Positions 46,985 through 57,185 of a stretch of 64,000 nt of DNA are shown here, piece after piece. The notes under the pieces are model-generated. The model was not told the origin of the DNA and ran no database searches. It saw nothing but the letters and a program-made list of their open reading frames with translations. Within the stretch, counting starts at the first letter, position 1; each line of letters begins with the position of its first letter. Origin of the DNA: a virus; IMG/VR virus record IMGVR_UViG_3300033150_001207, positions 20,204 to 84,203 of that record. One strand, given 5' to 3'. A program made the position numbers and the translations under genes.

Positions 46985-47245
46985 TTATTCTTCTATTATA
47001 TCATACGTTTTCTCAAATATTTCTTTATCACACGGATATTTCTCATCATCAACTCCGAATATTAAATAATCACCAGGCTTTCCCCTAACTTTTCCTTGTC
47101 TGGTTGTAACTTCAAACCCTTCAGGAAAGTTTAATTGCAAAGCATGAACATTGACTGGTTTTCTGCAACATTTTACAATACCTTCAAAATTATCAATAGT
47201 AATATCGTCAGCATTAAACGGTTTTACGCTACCTATTTCACTCAT
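46985..47245 (-). CDS. PGDYG-like small phage protein
   Basis: GKPGDYLIFGVDDEKYPCDKEIFEKTY. Confidence 0.75.
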   Translation of the reverse strand: MSEIGSVKPFNADDITIDNFEGIVKCCRKPVNVHALQLNFPEGFEVTTRQGKVRGKPGDYLIFGVDDEKYPCDKEIFEKTYDIIEE

Positions 47246-47515
47246 TTCTTTTTACCTTCCTTCCCTTTAAAAACCCTGAAATATTTACAATGACGGCAAG
47301 TTTCACCAGTCTGGTCTTTCCCCTCATAATTATGACACCAATCTGTACATTCAACAACTGGACGCACGGTATAATTTGTGTATATATAATTTCCACTACT
47401 CTCAACAGTATTGATAATTATTGGTGGATTAAACAAACATTCGCCTTTCATGCTCATCTTTTTTTCTCCCTGTTTATAACCTTAGTCAGTCCCCTTTAGT
47501 TCAATTGTATTCTCT

Positions 47516-47872
47516 TTATTCATTTTCCCCTATAATAACCTTTAAATTCTCATTAATAATATCGGCACAATATTTTAATTCTTTCTTTGCTTTGGGATGT
47601 ATAAATACATTAGTCATCGAATCCACGTTACGAAGCCGTTTTATCTCATCTCTGATTATTCTAATTGCATCAGTTTTATCTCTTGGCGGAGCATATCTTC
47701 TCATAAAGTTATCGCAACAATCAGTTATTTCAAGACCCGCTAATGGTTCTTCATCTGGAGCCAAGCCAAACGTACATTTAATTAAAGGTGAATACCCAAC
47801 ATTACCTAAACTTCTGATTGAATAGTTACAATTACCGCAACACCTCGCTTGATATATTTTATTCTTATTCAT
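47516..47872 (-). CDS. Hypothetical protein with Cys cluster
   Basis: CCGNC...C...CCDNF; in the minus-strand gene run. Confidence 0.55.
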   Translation of the reverse strand: MNKNKIYQARCCGNCNYSIRSLGNVGYSPLIKCTFGLAPDEEPLAGLEITDCCDNFMRRYAPPRDKTDAIRIIRDEIKRLRNVDSMTNVFIHPKAKKELKYCADIINENLKVIIGENE

Positions 47873-47948
47873 AATTCACATACCCCCTTTTTGCATTGGT
47901 TAAATTTTCCTTAAATACTTATATATTCTAATTCCTGTTAGCAATGAC

Positions 47949-48141
47949 TTAATCATCATTTTCGTCCTCATTCTTTGCTTCATCATATCCTTCAGAATAA
48001 CCGTCTTCATATGCTTTTTTTCAAACATTCTTTGCAGGGGTCTACAGTTACTAATCCATCTCCACCAGTGGACTGTCCACATAGACCTTTTCCACATGAA
48101 CACCATACGCTTATTTCAGCTTCTACATTTACTATCGGCAT
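47949..48141 (-). pseudogene. Small Zn-binding gene frameshifted at an A7 run
   Basis: MPIVNVEAEISVWCSCGKGLC...VDPCKECLKK continues as AYEDGYSEGYDEAK...* only if one A of the run at 48015-48021 is removed; span 193 nt = 64 codons + 1. Confidence 0.65.
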
Positions 48142-48459
48142 TTACGTCTCCCTTTTACATTCTCCCCTCTGACTCATCATACCCCAGAATAACCGTCTTC
48201 ATGCGACATTGCACATTCTTTCATGTTATATACATTGCAAACCAAACCACCATGTACATTCTTTCTAAATCGAAACAGAAAACCAGCAAACTCGGTTTCA
48301 GCACTTAGCAATCTTTCTTCATTCAACATGTGCCATATTTGTTGTAATGTTGAACTAAATTTGTGTGGTTCTTCTAATTGCTTTTGTGCTTTTTTAAGTT
48401 CATAAAGAAGTTTGCTTTCCTCTGGTGATATGGGTTTTTCTGATAACACTTGCTTTTCT

Positions 48460-48729
48460 TTACTTGGCATCACTATTTCTCTCCCAAAGTGTTTTATTGT
48501 ACCATTTAGCAAATTCAGATTTTGGATAATGTTTCAAAGCCATCCTAACTAATTCTCCTTGTGCCTCATAAAAAGTATTACACTGAAGCGATTTATCTTT
48601 GAATCCATTTAGCTCGTCACCAAGATAAACATCAAATCCAGTATCCCAGAAACACTGTATTTTAAAATTTATCTCACTGTCATATATTCTGTAAATGAGT
48701 TCTTCCGTAAAATTGCCTAAATCAGTCAT
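48460..48729 (-). CDS. Hypothetical phage protein
   Basis: AAGGAG RBS; IYDSEINF.I..FWD.GF.V.LGDELNG, HYPKSEFAKW. Confidence 0.7.
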   Translation of the reverse strand: MTDLGNFTEELIYRIYDSEINFKIQCFWDTGFDVYLGDELNGFKDKSLQCNTFYEAQGELVRMALKHYPKSEFAKWYNKTLWERNSDAK

Positions 48730-48813
48730 AACTATTTCTCCTTTTATGGTATAGAAATTGGATATTTTTCGTTACACTAGATTTCCCCTGTGTCTTTCAC
48801 TCATAGTCTCACC

Positions 48814-49527
48814 TCATTTGGATTTATTAATCCTCTTTACTTCGTATGATGCGATGTATGGATTAGCAATAATCCAGAGCGGTTTGCCTTTCCATGTATC
48901 ATAGTAACCGAGTTTATCCCCGGTTTTTATATCTAAGTTTCTATGGTATTTACGAAAGCCTGGTATTTCAGTAATATATGTTCTGGATTCTGGCGTATTG
49001 TCGTATAAGTAATGAATATATCCATCCCTGCGTCTTATCGGTCTGGCATATTTGTTGAAAAACTCTTTTAAACTCACATTCTTCCCATTTCCTGTTTTTG
49101 TCCATTCTTCTGCGGTTATCTTTTGCACTCTTTTTACATCAACACCCAACACTTTCCACCATCTGCGAATTGCTTCAATGGGCATATCTTTGTCGGGAGA
49201 ATGCCAATAATTAAAACCGTGCGGAACATTTTCTGTCATATCATCACTTAAATATACATAGCCCTCGTCTAAATCATAAGCCCAAGTTTCCCGACAGCCG
49301 ACTACATCACCAACTGCGTATGGAAGTTTCCAGATATCCCACTCTGTTTCTATGTCTGGTTGTGATAGTGTTGGTTCTGTAGCTGGATTATAAAATTCTA
49401 CAAAATCATTTCCAATTCTGCTTAATTTCCATAAGTTTGGTGGTTGCTCTTTCAGCACTACCAGAATTGTGTTTATTTGTCGCCAGTTGCGAGCCTCTGT
49501 ATCTGTGAGGTTGTAGTATTTCATCAT
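48814..49527 (-). CDS. ASCH/PUA-like phage protein
   Basis: LPYAVGDVVGCRETW, W.SP...MP..AIR, VKRVQKIT, ANPYI. Confidence 0.6.
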   Translation of the reverse strand: MMKYYNLTDTEARNWRQINTILVVLKEQPPNLWKLSRIGNDFVEFYNPATEPTLSQPDIETEWDIWKLPYAVGDVVGCRETWAYDLDEGYVYLSDDMTENVPHGFNYWHSPDKDMPIEAIRRWWKVLGVDVKRVQKITAEEWTKTGNGKNVSLKEFFNKYARPIRRRDGYIHYLYDNTPESRTYITEIPGFRKYHRNLDIKTGDKLGYYDTWKGKPLWIIANPYIASYEVKRINKSK

Positions 49528-49814
49528 ACCTCTTCTTGATTTGAATTATCAAAATCATAATTACAATTGGGGTATAAATCATATTTTATATCGGATACAT
49601 GAAAGAATTGATTACACTCTTTACATCGTACTGCAACTTTGTGATAACATTCCCCACATAATTCCAAATATTGATTTTCGTCAAATGTTGGTAATGTATG
49701 GTATATTTTTAATTGATTAATATCCTCTAATTCTTCATCACTATAATTAATTGCTGGTATAAGCTCTTGTCCACAATAATCACAGTAAAAAGAATCTGTT
49801 AATTCATCGTACAC
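49524..49814 (-). CDS. Cys-rich zinc-finger protein
   Basis: CDYCG, CGEC, CKEC. Confidence 0.55.
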   Translation of the reverse strand: MYDELTDSFYCDYCGQELIPAINYSDEELEDINQLKIYHTLPTFDENQYLELCGECYHKVAVRCKECNQFFHVSDIKYDLYPNCNYDFDNSNQEEV

Positions 49815-50828
49815 TATTTATACTCCTTCGGTTCAACCTGAGCGAATTCTATTAATTTTATACAGCTTTCAAGTAGCCATTGTACTCTATAACACTGAGC
49901 TTTAGCTTCCTTATAATTTGGTTTTTCCTCTGCAAGATAATCATAAATAAACCCAGCTTGCTCGCTTGCTTTAAGTGATACATCTATGATTATCGGCTTT
50001 ATTCTTGTGTTCATCATATTACTCCTTATCAAGATTGCCAGTTGCGAGCTTGTTCATCATCAAGATTATAATATTTCACCTCATTAATCTCCAGAATATA
50101 AGAGTTTGGATCAACCCGCCTATGAACCAAATTACAATCATAAATATTATTGTTTCACCTATATTTAAATTCCACATTATTGTTCTCTTTCCCCAATTAT
50201 TCATCCGAATATTTTCATAATCAAAACGCCCAAACACAATCCGAGTATAAATCCATAGATTGTAAAGAACATATAAGCCGCTGTAATATAAGATTTATCA
50301 TCCATCTTACACCTCTTTTTCATCTAATAATTCCAAAACACTGCTTTTATTATAGCCCCTGCACTTTTAGCGGTGAGGGATAATTAATATACTTATTGAA
50401 TTAGGACAACTATGTTAGATTTATATTCTACAGAACTATACTCTATTTGTTGCTTTGCAGAACTAACTTCATAGGTGTTTGAGTTAATCATCCCTCACCA
50501 TACCCTTCTTTAGGGGCGAGTGTAACAATGTCCCCCTTGTTTTTTAGCTACACCACATAATTATGAAGGGTTGTTTGCTTTTCTTTCAACTGAATGAGTA
50601 CCCGACCAACTCAATAACACCCATTTCTTTTTTATCACTATCACACCAATGAGTAATTTCGTTAATATTACAAGAAAATCCTTCTGGAACAGCTGGTACT
50701 CCTATACTATCTTCAAATATTACTAAATTCCCGCATCTTTTACACCTACATATAAGCGTAGGGCGCCTGGTATTGATTTCGGTTTCTTCAACTTCTGGTT
50801 TTGGTGATCCAATCATTTTTCTTTTCCT

Positions 50829-51425
50829 TTACTCGCTAGTTTCACTTTTAAACAGTATTCCATCGTGTAAGTATCGGTATGCCCTTGTTAAACGGTCAAG
50901 ACACCATAATTCTAATTTCTTTCTATTATTACTAATTTTTACATGCACACGGTAATGTACATTCATACTCGCCAAATGCGCTCTAACTTTTTCCCTTGTC
51001 ATTTTGGGGCTTATTGGATATTCAAATAAATCCGCTTCATCTGCTTCTATGACTAAACCTGCAAAGAACATTTTGCTCATTTTCTGTAGCTTCTTGATTG
51101 TTTTTGTTTGATATTCTTTCTGGATGAAACTCTCGAAATCGCTCTGCTTCTTGCGTTCAATCGCTACCTGTTTTTCGTATCCGCTTACTGAATAATCACC
51201 CACCCTTAATGTTACACCCTTTATAATTAAATCGCCGTGAGTACGTATCTCACCTTTTTTAATTGGCCAACCAGTGAAAAGTGGGGACTGCTCACGTGTA
51301 TCTACAAGAAGTATAAATCCATCGGGTATTACTGTTGGTTTGAAATCATTCCAGCTAACAGCAGGCTTTTCACGTCGTGCGCCATGAAATAATATCCTCG
51401 AATCGGGTGGTTCGTAAAAACCCAT
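50829..51425 (-). CDS. ERCC4/XPF-type nuclease (probable resolvase)
   Basis: VDTREQ, LRVGDYS, AIERKKQSDF. Confidence 0.88.
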   Translation of the reverse strand: MGFYEPPDSRILFHGARREKPAVSWNDFKPTVIPDGFILLVDTREQSPLFTGWPIKKGEIRTHGDLIIKGVTLRVGDYSVSGYEKQVAIERKKQSDFESFIQKEYQTKTIKKLQKMSKMFFAGLVIEADEADLFEYPISPKMTREKVRAHLASMNVHYRVHVKISNNRKKLELWCLDRLTRAYRYLHDGILFKSETSE

Positions 51426-52341
51426 TTATTCTACCCTCTTAAATTCAACGTGACCATTTTATTTTTCTTCTACAACATTATTTCTTATCCATCTGGCGAG
51501 AAATTTAGCCCATTTCCAACCATCACCTGGCGTCTGTTCAGAAAACTGATTAAGCTCTTTGTCCGTTAAATGTTCAATCTCTACTGATTGCCATTTGCCG
51601 CTACGTTCAATTCTCACATAAGCACCTGTCATTATTCGTTCCCCCTGAAGTATATATAACCTACAATGCCAGGTTTGTTGGGATGTGTTACAATAAGGCT
51701 ATCCAATTCCCCGTTTACCAACATTTCAATACCCTCATCGATAGCATCATATTTGGAATCACTTATCCAGTACGTATGTTCGGTATTATGCATCACATCA
51801 ATTGCAGTACATACAATCATCGATAAACATATTACCACTATCATTACAATAAAAGGGATATCGTCCTTTATCGTTACAGTAAAAGGAACATCACTTTCAG
51901 TCATCTTCATTTTCCCCCAGTAGCTTTTTCACTGTTTCTTCTATATATTGGGGCGGCGTGATTAGCTTCTGTATTTCTACAATACGAGATCTAATACTTT
52001 TTAAAATTTCTTTATAGGTCGCAAGACAACCGTATTTGAAAAGAATCCTGTATATAGCAGCATTACTCAGTTCTTTATATATATGTACGAGAAATTTTAC
52101 CTCGCCATTCGGATCAAGCTTTTTCGGTTCAAGATAAGTAATACGAGTATCCCCAATTTTAGTAGCATCGAATACTTTAGGCGAACGGCTTTCTTTGTTC
52201 ATTAGATTCTCCTTATTTTAGCTATAGGATACGAAATGTTTATGTGCGGAACTGGCAAGATATTGCGCCTGCAGGTCTGCCCGGCATATCTCGAACGTGT
52301 TATAACCTTTCGTTGCTTTTAGCCCAGTTCCGCACCACCAT

Positions 52342-52992
52342 TTACCCACCGAAACCCTGGTTTTCAGCTGTTACCTGAGTTCCTGCATTTCTGGCTGTAC
52401 TTGCGAATGAAGCGGTAGTTGCTCTCGGTGCGGCTTTGCCCTTATTTTCAGCAACAATACCACAGCCCCATCTACCCATCTTGGCAAAGTTGACGTCAAA
52501 TGCGGTTCTTACGATGGGTTCACCGTTTTCATCCGTCTCGCCGGTTTTCCACTCACGCCTGCTTGTCTCAATTATTACTTCAAACACTTTGTTTGGCAAT
52601 AATATATTAAGACCGTTGACTAGTATCTGTAAATTCTTTTCATCAGGCGCAAGCGGATTACCCATATTGCCGCCACGCTCTTTGAATCCTTTAAGAAACT
52701 CATCACGTAGCCCAAGTACATCGAGAAGGTTAACAATTTTGTTTTCTTCCCGTTTCCTTATACCCTCTGGTAACGACGGGTCAGGATTGACAAACCAGAG
52801 CCATTGTATTTCTTCGTGCTGATACACCGCAAATGGTATTCTAATTGAACGGTATCCCTTGGCATTCGGCGTTTCATTGAGTACGATTTTATCAAACACC
52901 GAGACTACCGCAGGGCCATCCTGTGGCGCTCTTCGACTTACAATAATACCATCTTCGTTTAAGTTTGGTTGATCGTTGAAACCCATAATCAT
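52342..52992 (-). CDS. SSB-like (OB-fold) protein
   Basis: Directly downstream of the AAA_24 ATPase; beta-rich core, disordered tail ending GFGG; AAGGAG RBS. Confidence 0.45.
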   Translation of the reverse strand: MIMGFNDQPNLNEDGIIVSRRAPQDGPAVVSVFDKIVLNETPNAKGYRSIRIPFAVYQHEEIQWLWFVNPDPSLPEGIRKREENKIVNLLDVLGLRDEFLKGFKERGGNMGNPLAPDEKNLQILVNGLNILLPNKVFEVIIETSRREWKTGETDENGEPIVRTAFDVNFAKMGRWGCGIVAENKGKAAPRATTASFASTARNAGTQVTAENQGFGG

Positions 52993-53034
52993 TCTCCTTT
53001 TGTTGTTAGGTTAAAACATTAAATTTTAGATATG

Positions 53035-54162
53035 TTACACGCCGGGTATATGCTGTTTTTTCTCTTTTGAAGTATCATCTGTTTGTATTTCAGCATTTAC
53101 TTCCCCCTGTGGTATATTATCCAGATCATACTTTTTGCTCGTAATTGTTCCTCCTTTCGGTAAATTATCAGCTTCTTCTGTCTCTATTATATCATCATTT
53201 ACACTCAAGATTGCTGTTTTTTCATTTGCTTCCTCTCCTTGAACAGTTTCGGGTTTTTGTGATGGATTATATACAGGCGGATAAAATATAGTTTTCAAAT
53301 CAAACGGACACATTATAACAGCGTCATCTGCTACGGGACGTTTACCAGTCCATTTATGCAGAAAATTTCTTTTATTACCGTTGCTATCAAAATCTTCCTC
53401 AAATTTAATCCATGGCGGATAAACTTTTTTGATTTTTTTCACTTCTTTTGTAATCTCGTCAATTTCTGTCGGAATATACCTATCCTCCACGAGCCCTATA
53501 AAGTCTACCTGGCCTGGGAATTTTCTTGGGAACTTTTTGCCCATTAACGATGGTTCAGCCCGTACAGAACTATCCCATAATTCCTGTCCTTCAATTAGCA
53601 TAGTCAGTACCACATGCTTGTTGTGGGGATGTAGCATTTGCTCTGTAAGCAGTTTAAACAATCTTTCCATGTGGTCTGCGAGCGAACCATAACCTTCTTC
53701 GGACAATTTTGTTCTCAATATGAAATCTTTATCACTTGTTTCTCTTCTGGCTCGTGCTTTCGCCGCCGCATCGGCAATTTCAAATGATATATTTGACATT
53801 AGCTGTGTACCCCCATCGACAAATATCAATTTAATATCTTTGTAATCAACCCCTGCGCTTTCAACCGTTATTTTACTGTCTGCATTAGCAATTGTTTCTA
53901 TGAGTTCATCAAAAGTCGAGTAATTGAAAAGGACATAATTAATTCTACCAGTTTCAGGGTTAGTTCTAAGCAAATCTACAGTTTCGCAGGCTACTTCAAT
54001 ATTTCTGCTTTCACAGGCTATGATTAATGCCGGGGAAAAATGCTCTGGGTGTTTTTCAATACTACCGAGCACACTTGATGTCTTGCCAGTGCTTGTTTCC
54101 CCGTAACTAACCAGGCATTTGCCAGTTCCTCGTGGGGCATTATAAGGGATCAAAGGAGACAT
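53035..54162 (-). CDS. AAA_24/Sak4-like P-loop ATPase
   Basis: YGETSTGKTS, IFVDGGT, GYG, PSLMGK...PGQVDFIG; acidic tail. Confidence 0.8.
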   Translation of the reverse strand: MSPLIPYNAPRGTGKCLVSYGETSTGKTSSVLGSIEKHPEHFSPALIIACESRNIEVACETVDLLRTNPETGRINYVLFNYSTFDELIETIANADSKITVESAGVDYKDIKLIFVDGGTQLMSNISFEIADAAAKARARRETSDKDFILRTKLSEEGYGSLADHMERLFKLLTEQMLHPHNKHVVLTMLIEGQELWDSSVRAEPSLMGKKFPRKFPGQVDFIGLVEDRYIPTEIDEITKEVKKIKKVYPPWIKFEEDFDSNGNKRNFLHKWTGKRPVADDAVIMCPFDLKTIFYPPVYNPSQKPETVQGEEANEKTAILSVNDDIIETEEADNLPKGGTITSKKYDLDNIPQGEVNAEIQTDDTSKEKKQHIPGV

Positions 54163-54179
54163 TTTATTTTCCTTTCTTT

Positions 54180-54731
54180 TTATGTTATGTGTTTCCAGGT
54201 TTTATTATTTAAAACTCTTTGTATTTGTGCTTTATCAACACCAAAAATTTTAGCAATTTTTCTTTGTGAATAACCATTTAAGTGCATTTGTTTTATTTCT
54301 TTTATATTTTTGTTTCTCAATTTTGCCCTTCCATTTCTTTCACCCTTTCTGCTATTTAATCCAATTTTATATGCATGTTTGTGATTTTCTGAACATGTAA
54401 CCAGTTCTAAATTTTCTAATCTATTATCTGTTTTAATTCCATTTCTGTGGTTAATTTCCAAATTGTCAGGAATATTTCCATTAAAGTATATCCATATAAT
54501 TCGATGAGCTTTACAATTATACAATTTTTTATTTATAGTTAAAGTAACATTTATATAACCCTTACTATCTACATATTTTATCTCTCTTTCAGGAATTTTG
54601 ACAAATCTATTTTCCCAATATTGATTGCTACGCCTTTGTGCAATTTTCCATACCCTACCCTCGCTGTCGATACGGAAGTAACCATCATTAATAGCTTTAA
54701 TAAATATATGCTCATTATGTGCTCTTCTCAT
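54180..54731 (-). CDS. Free-standing HNH homing endonuclease with C-terminal HTH
   Basis: KAHRIIW, EINHRNGIKTDNRLENLELVT..EN..H, GERNGRAKL, SQRKIAKIFGV. Confidence 0.93.
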   Translation of the reverse strand: MRRAHNEHIFIKAINDGYFRIDSEGRVWKIAQRRSNQYWENRFVKIPEREIKYVDSKGYINVTLTINKKLYNCKAHRIIWIYFNGNIPDNLEINHRNGIKTDNRLENLELVTCSENHKHAYKIGLNSRKGERNGRAKLRNKNIKEIKQMHLNGYSQRKIAKIFGVDKAQIQRVLNNKTWKHIT

Positions 54732-55114
54732 CTTGTTATCTCCTTACTTTGTTTATCAATGAGTTGTTCTACTATATTCTTGCATTCATTTCTGACATAT
54801 TCCTCTGTTCGTAATACTTCCCCCAATAGTCTTACGCCAGGAAATTCTATGCCAGGAATTCTATCGCCAAAATGACTACAGTCGAAACCTATCCACCAAC
54901 AGTTATTCTCTGCATGAACGGGATATTCGTTGCTGCCGCCAGAATAGGTCAATCCGCCATGACATTCAATATCAATATCCCTGCGATCAACATTGAAATA
55001 TCTGTGGCTCTGCGGTACTCTTACATATCCACACCTAAAACCCAGATCATTCGTAATGCCAACAATCTGATAACCTTTATACTTTTCATCAAATTCTACC
55101 GAGAACCTTTTCAT
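54728..55114 (-). CDS. Conserved phage hypothetical protein
   Basis: GFRCGYV..P..H, HGGLTY, WWIGFDCSH.GD. Confidence 0.8.
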   Translation of the reverse strand: MKRFSVEFDEKYKGYQIVGITNDLGFRCGYVRVPQSHRYFNVDRRDIDIECHGGLTYSGGSNEYPVHAENNCWWIGFDCSHFGDRIPGIEFPGVRLLGEVLRTEEYVRNECKNIVEQLIDKQSKEITR

Positions 55115-55115
55115 C

Positions 55116-56225
55116 CTAATTCCCCTCGTCTTGATTCTTTTCTCTTATCCTGTACCGTTCAAAGTTCACATTCCCGCCAGCCGTACAAACATCATAATAA
55201 TCACACATAGTATTGTACATGAAACATTTATTATCTTCGATGTAAAAGCTATTCCTTTTTGCCCTGTCCTGTATTTCAATAGTTATCCATTTATATCTGT
55301 ATTCCAATTCCTTGAGATTGAATTCATCCCTGTAAAATTGCAGTCCATAAGATTTGTCTTCATGGTTATACCCTATAAATACATTATAAGGATTTGCCAT
55401 TATCTCGCTATATACACGTTCTTCATAATCTTCAATTGTCTCATCTTCAGCTCTTTGTTTACCCGCTTTATACAGTTTTTGTCTTGGTACTTGAATAATT
55501 TCCATAGTAACGCTTCTCAAATTCTCATTTGCGAGAAAATATGTACCGATTTGACTGTTCAATGCCCATACATTGTTATAATATCTCTGGTCGCTTGTAA
55601 ACTTGCATTCAACAAACCTGTCCTTATATAATCTGTCATAATATCCGTGTACAATTATATCGCCCACAGGTTTATCCCAATAGTGCCATATAAAATGTTG
55701 TTGCAATCCAACCAAGTCCTTTTTATCGGGTTCAATCAGGTCGCAATATGCCCTGTATACCGCACTCACCTTTGCTCTGCATACATCTGGTATCTGTAAT
55801 TCATCTATATAATCAGCTACAGTGGTTTCGGTAACATCATCCACACCGTATCTCAGGCTTTGCAACTTATCCCATAGCTTGCCCATCTTGACTGGGTCGG
55901 AAAGATACTGCGGTAAAAGTTCCACCCCTCTTATATTTTTATACCAGTATAATCTTTTACATCTAAGGTAATCCTGTACCGCCGAATGGGATAACCAGAT
56001 AGCGTTTGCTTTTATAGCTTCGGTACAGCGGAATTGGTCGGGAAGTGCGCACATTGAAATATTACCATCCTTATCGAGTATTGTATGAATACATGGGGAA
56101 TCGGGTGTCGATACCATTTTATCACACTGTTTCTCTTGTACATTCACAATAATTCCCTTTATATCTTCTTCACTCTTTGAAATAATAACCAAGAATAAAG
56201 ACGTTGTCATAATCTTCAGATGCAC
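55116..56225 (-). CDS. PD-(D/E)XK Cas4/RecB-like exonuclease (true start probably near 56117-56150)
   Basis: LSHSAVQDYLRC, GYYDRL....VECK, Q..TY, C-terminal C..Y...CDYYDVC (Fe-S type). Confidence 0.82.
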   Translation of the reverse strand: MHLKIMTTSLFLVIISKSEEDIKGIIVNVQEKQCDKMVSTPDSPCIHTILDKDGNISMCALPDQFRCTEAIKANAIWLSHSAVQDYLRCKRLYWYKNIRGVELLPQYLSDPVKMGKLWDKLQSLRYGVDDVTETTVADYIDELQIPDVCRAKVSAVYRAYCDLIEPDKKDLVGLQQHFIWHYWDKPVGDIIVHGYYDRLYKDRFVECKFTSDQRYYNNVWALNSQIGTYFLANENLRSVTMEIIQVPRQKLYKAGKQRAEDETIEDYEERVYSEIMANPYNVFIGYNHEDKSYGLQFYRDEFNLKELEYRYKWITIEIQDRAKRNSFYIEDNKCFMYNTMCDYYDVCTAGGNVNFERYRIREKNQDEGN

Positions 56226-56489
56226 TTATTATTTCTGGTGTAAGCCCAGTTCTGTCTTTAATACTGTTTATATAGTCTGCCATGTCATCTATATGTACTT
56301 TTGTTATAGCCACAAGTATACCGTTATTGTTTTTTTCTACTTTGAATTCGAGTTTCAGCTCATTCCCAATCCCAATAATAGTTATAAAATCCCATGCTGT
56401 CATTTTTTTGTTCCTTACAGATAGTAAGTATTATAGTATATAAGATAAAAATAAATATATTCCCATTAAATTGTATTTTTGTGTCAATA

Positions 56490-56762
56490 TCAAAGTTCGC
56501 ATCTTCTAACTATATCATTAATCATACCCGTGCAAAAGCACACATCCTCTACAATTTTGCTAAGTTTCTTTGATAACACAACATTTTCAGCACGCTCATC
56601 TTCTAAAACTTTTTCAACCGGTTCATTGTCTTCTTGTATTAAAACTTCAAATAACCTCTGTTCTAAAGCTTCAATAGAATCACGTAGCTCACCAACATAC
56701 TTTTCAAGCCTTTCAACTTCTGTGCTTACATAAGGTTTTCTTTCTGGAGTTGTTCCTTGCAT
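56490..56762 (-). CDS. Coiled-coil hypothetical protein (start MQGTT)
   Basis: GAGGT RBS; its 5' end lies within the 58-bp repeat. Confidence 0.6.
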   Translation of the reverse strand: MQGTTPERKPYVSTEVERLEKYVGELRDSIEALEQRLFEVLIQEDNEPVEKVLEDERAENVVLSKKLSKIVEDVCFCTGMINDIVRRCEL

Positions 56763-56774
56763 TGTAATTACCTC
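56717..56774. repeat. 58-bp direct repeat, copy 2
   Basis: Matches 45097-45154 with one mismatch; offset 11620 bp. Confidence 0.92.
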
Positions 56775-57185
56775 TGTTGAATTGTTTTTCATGTCAGTAT
56801 TAAAGGTTCTTCTTTAACGTTCATTTGCGGTCTTTTATTGTATAAATAATTGCTAAAGTACATACAATAATTGTAGCAATAACCGCAGAAACAGCATTGG
56901 CTATCGTACAAACTACACTTATAAATACAAATTTATAGGGATTCGCTGGAATTGCTTCTCCTGTGCTTTTATTCCTGTGTGTTAAAATCCTTTCTCTGTA
57001 TGTTGTGCCAAATCAATATCAATAATATCTTCCGTATCCGGCATTAACTTCCACTTTCTACCACCGTACAAGAATGGGTGTTCCCTGGCTTTAGTTTCAA
57101 ATTCTTCAACCGTAAAGTACAATTCCTGTGTATCGGTTAATTTACCAGATTCCAGAACTTCATATAATCTGTACATGGCATACCT

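Noticed and set aside
55116-56225. cas4 of a CRISPR-Cas system
   Set aside because: No other cas genes or array; context (ATPase, SSB-like, resolvase) is a phage recombination module.
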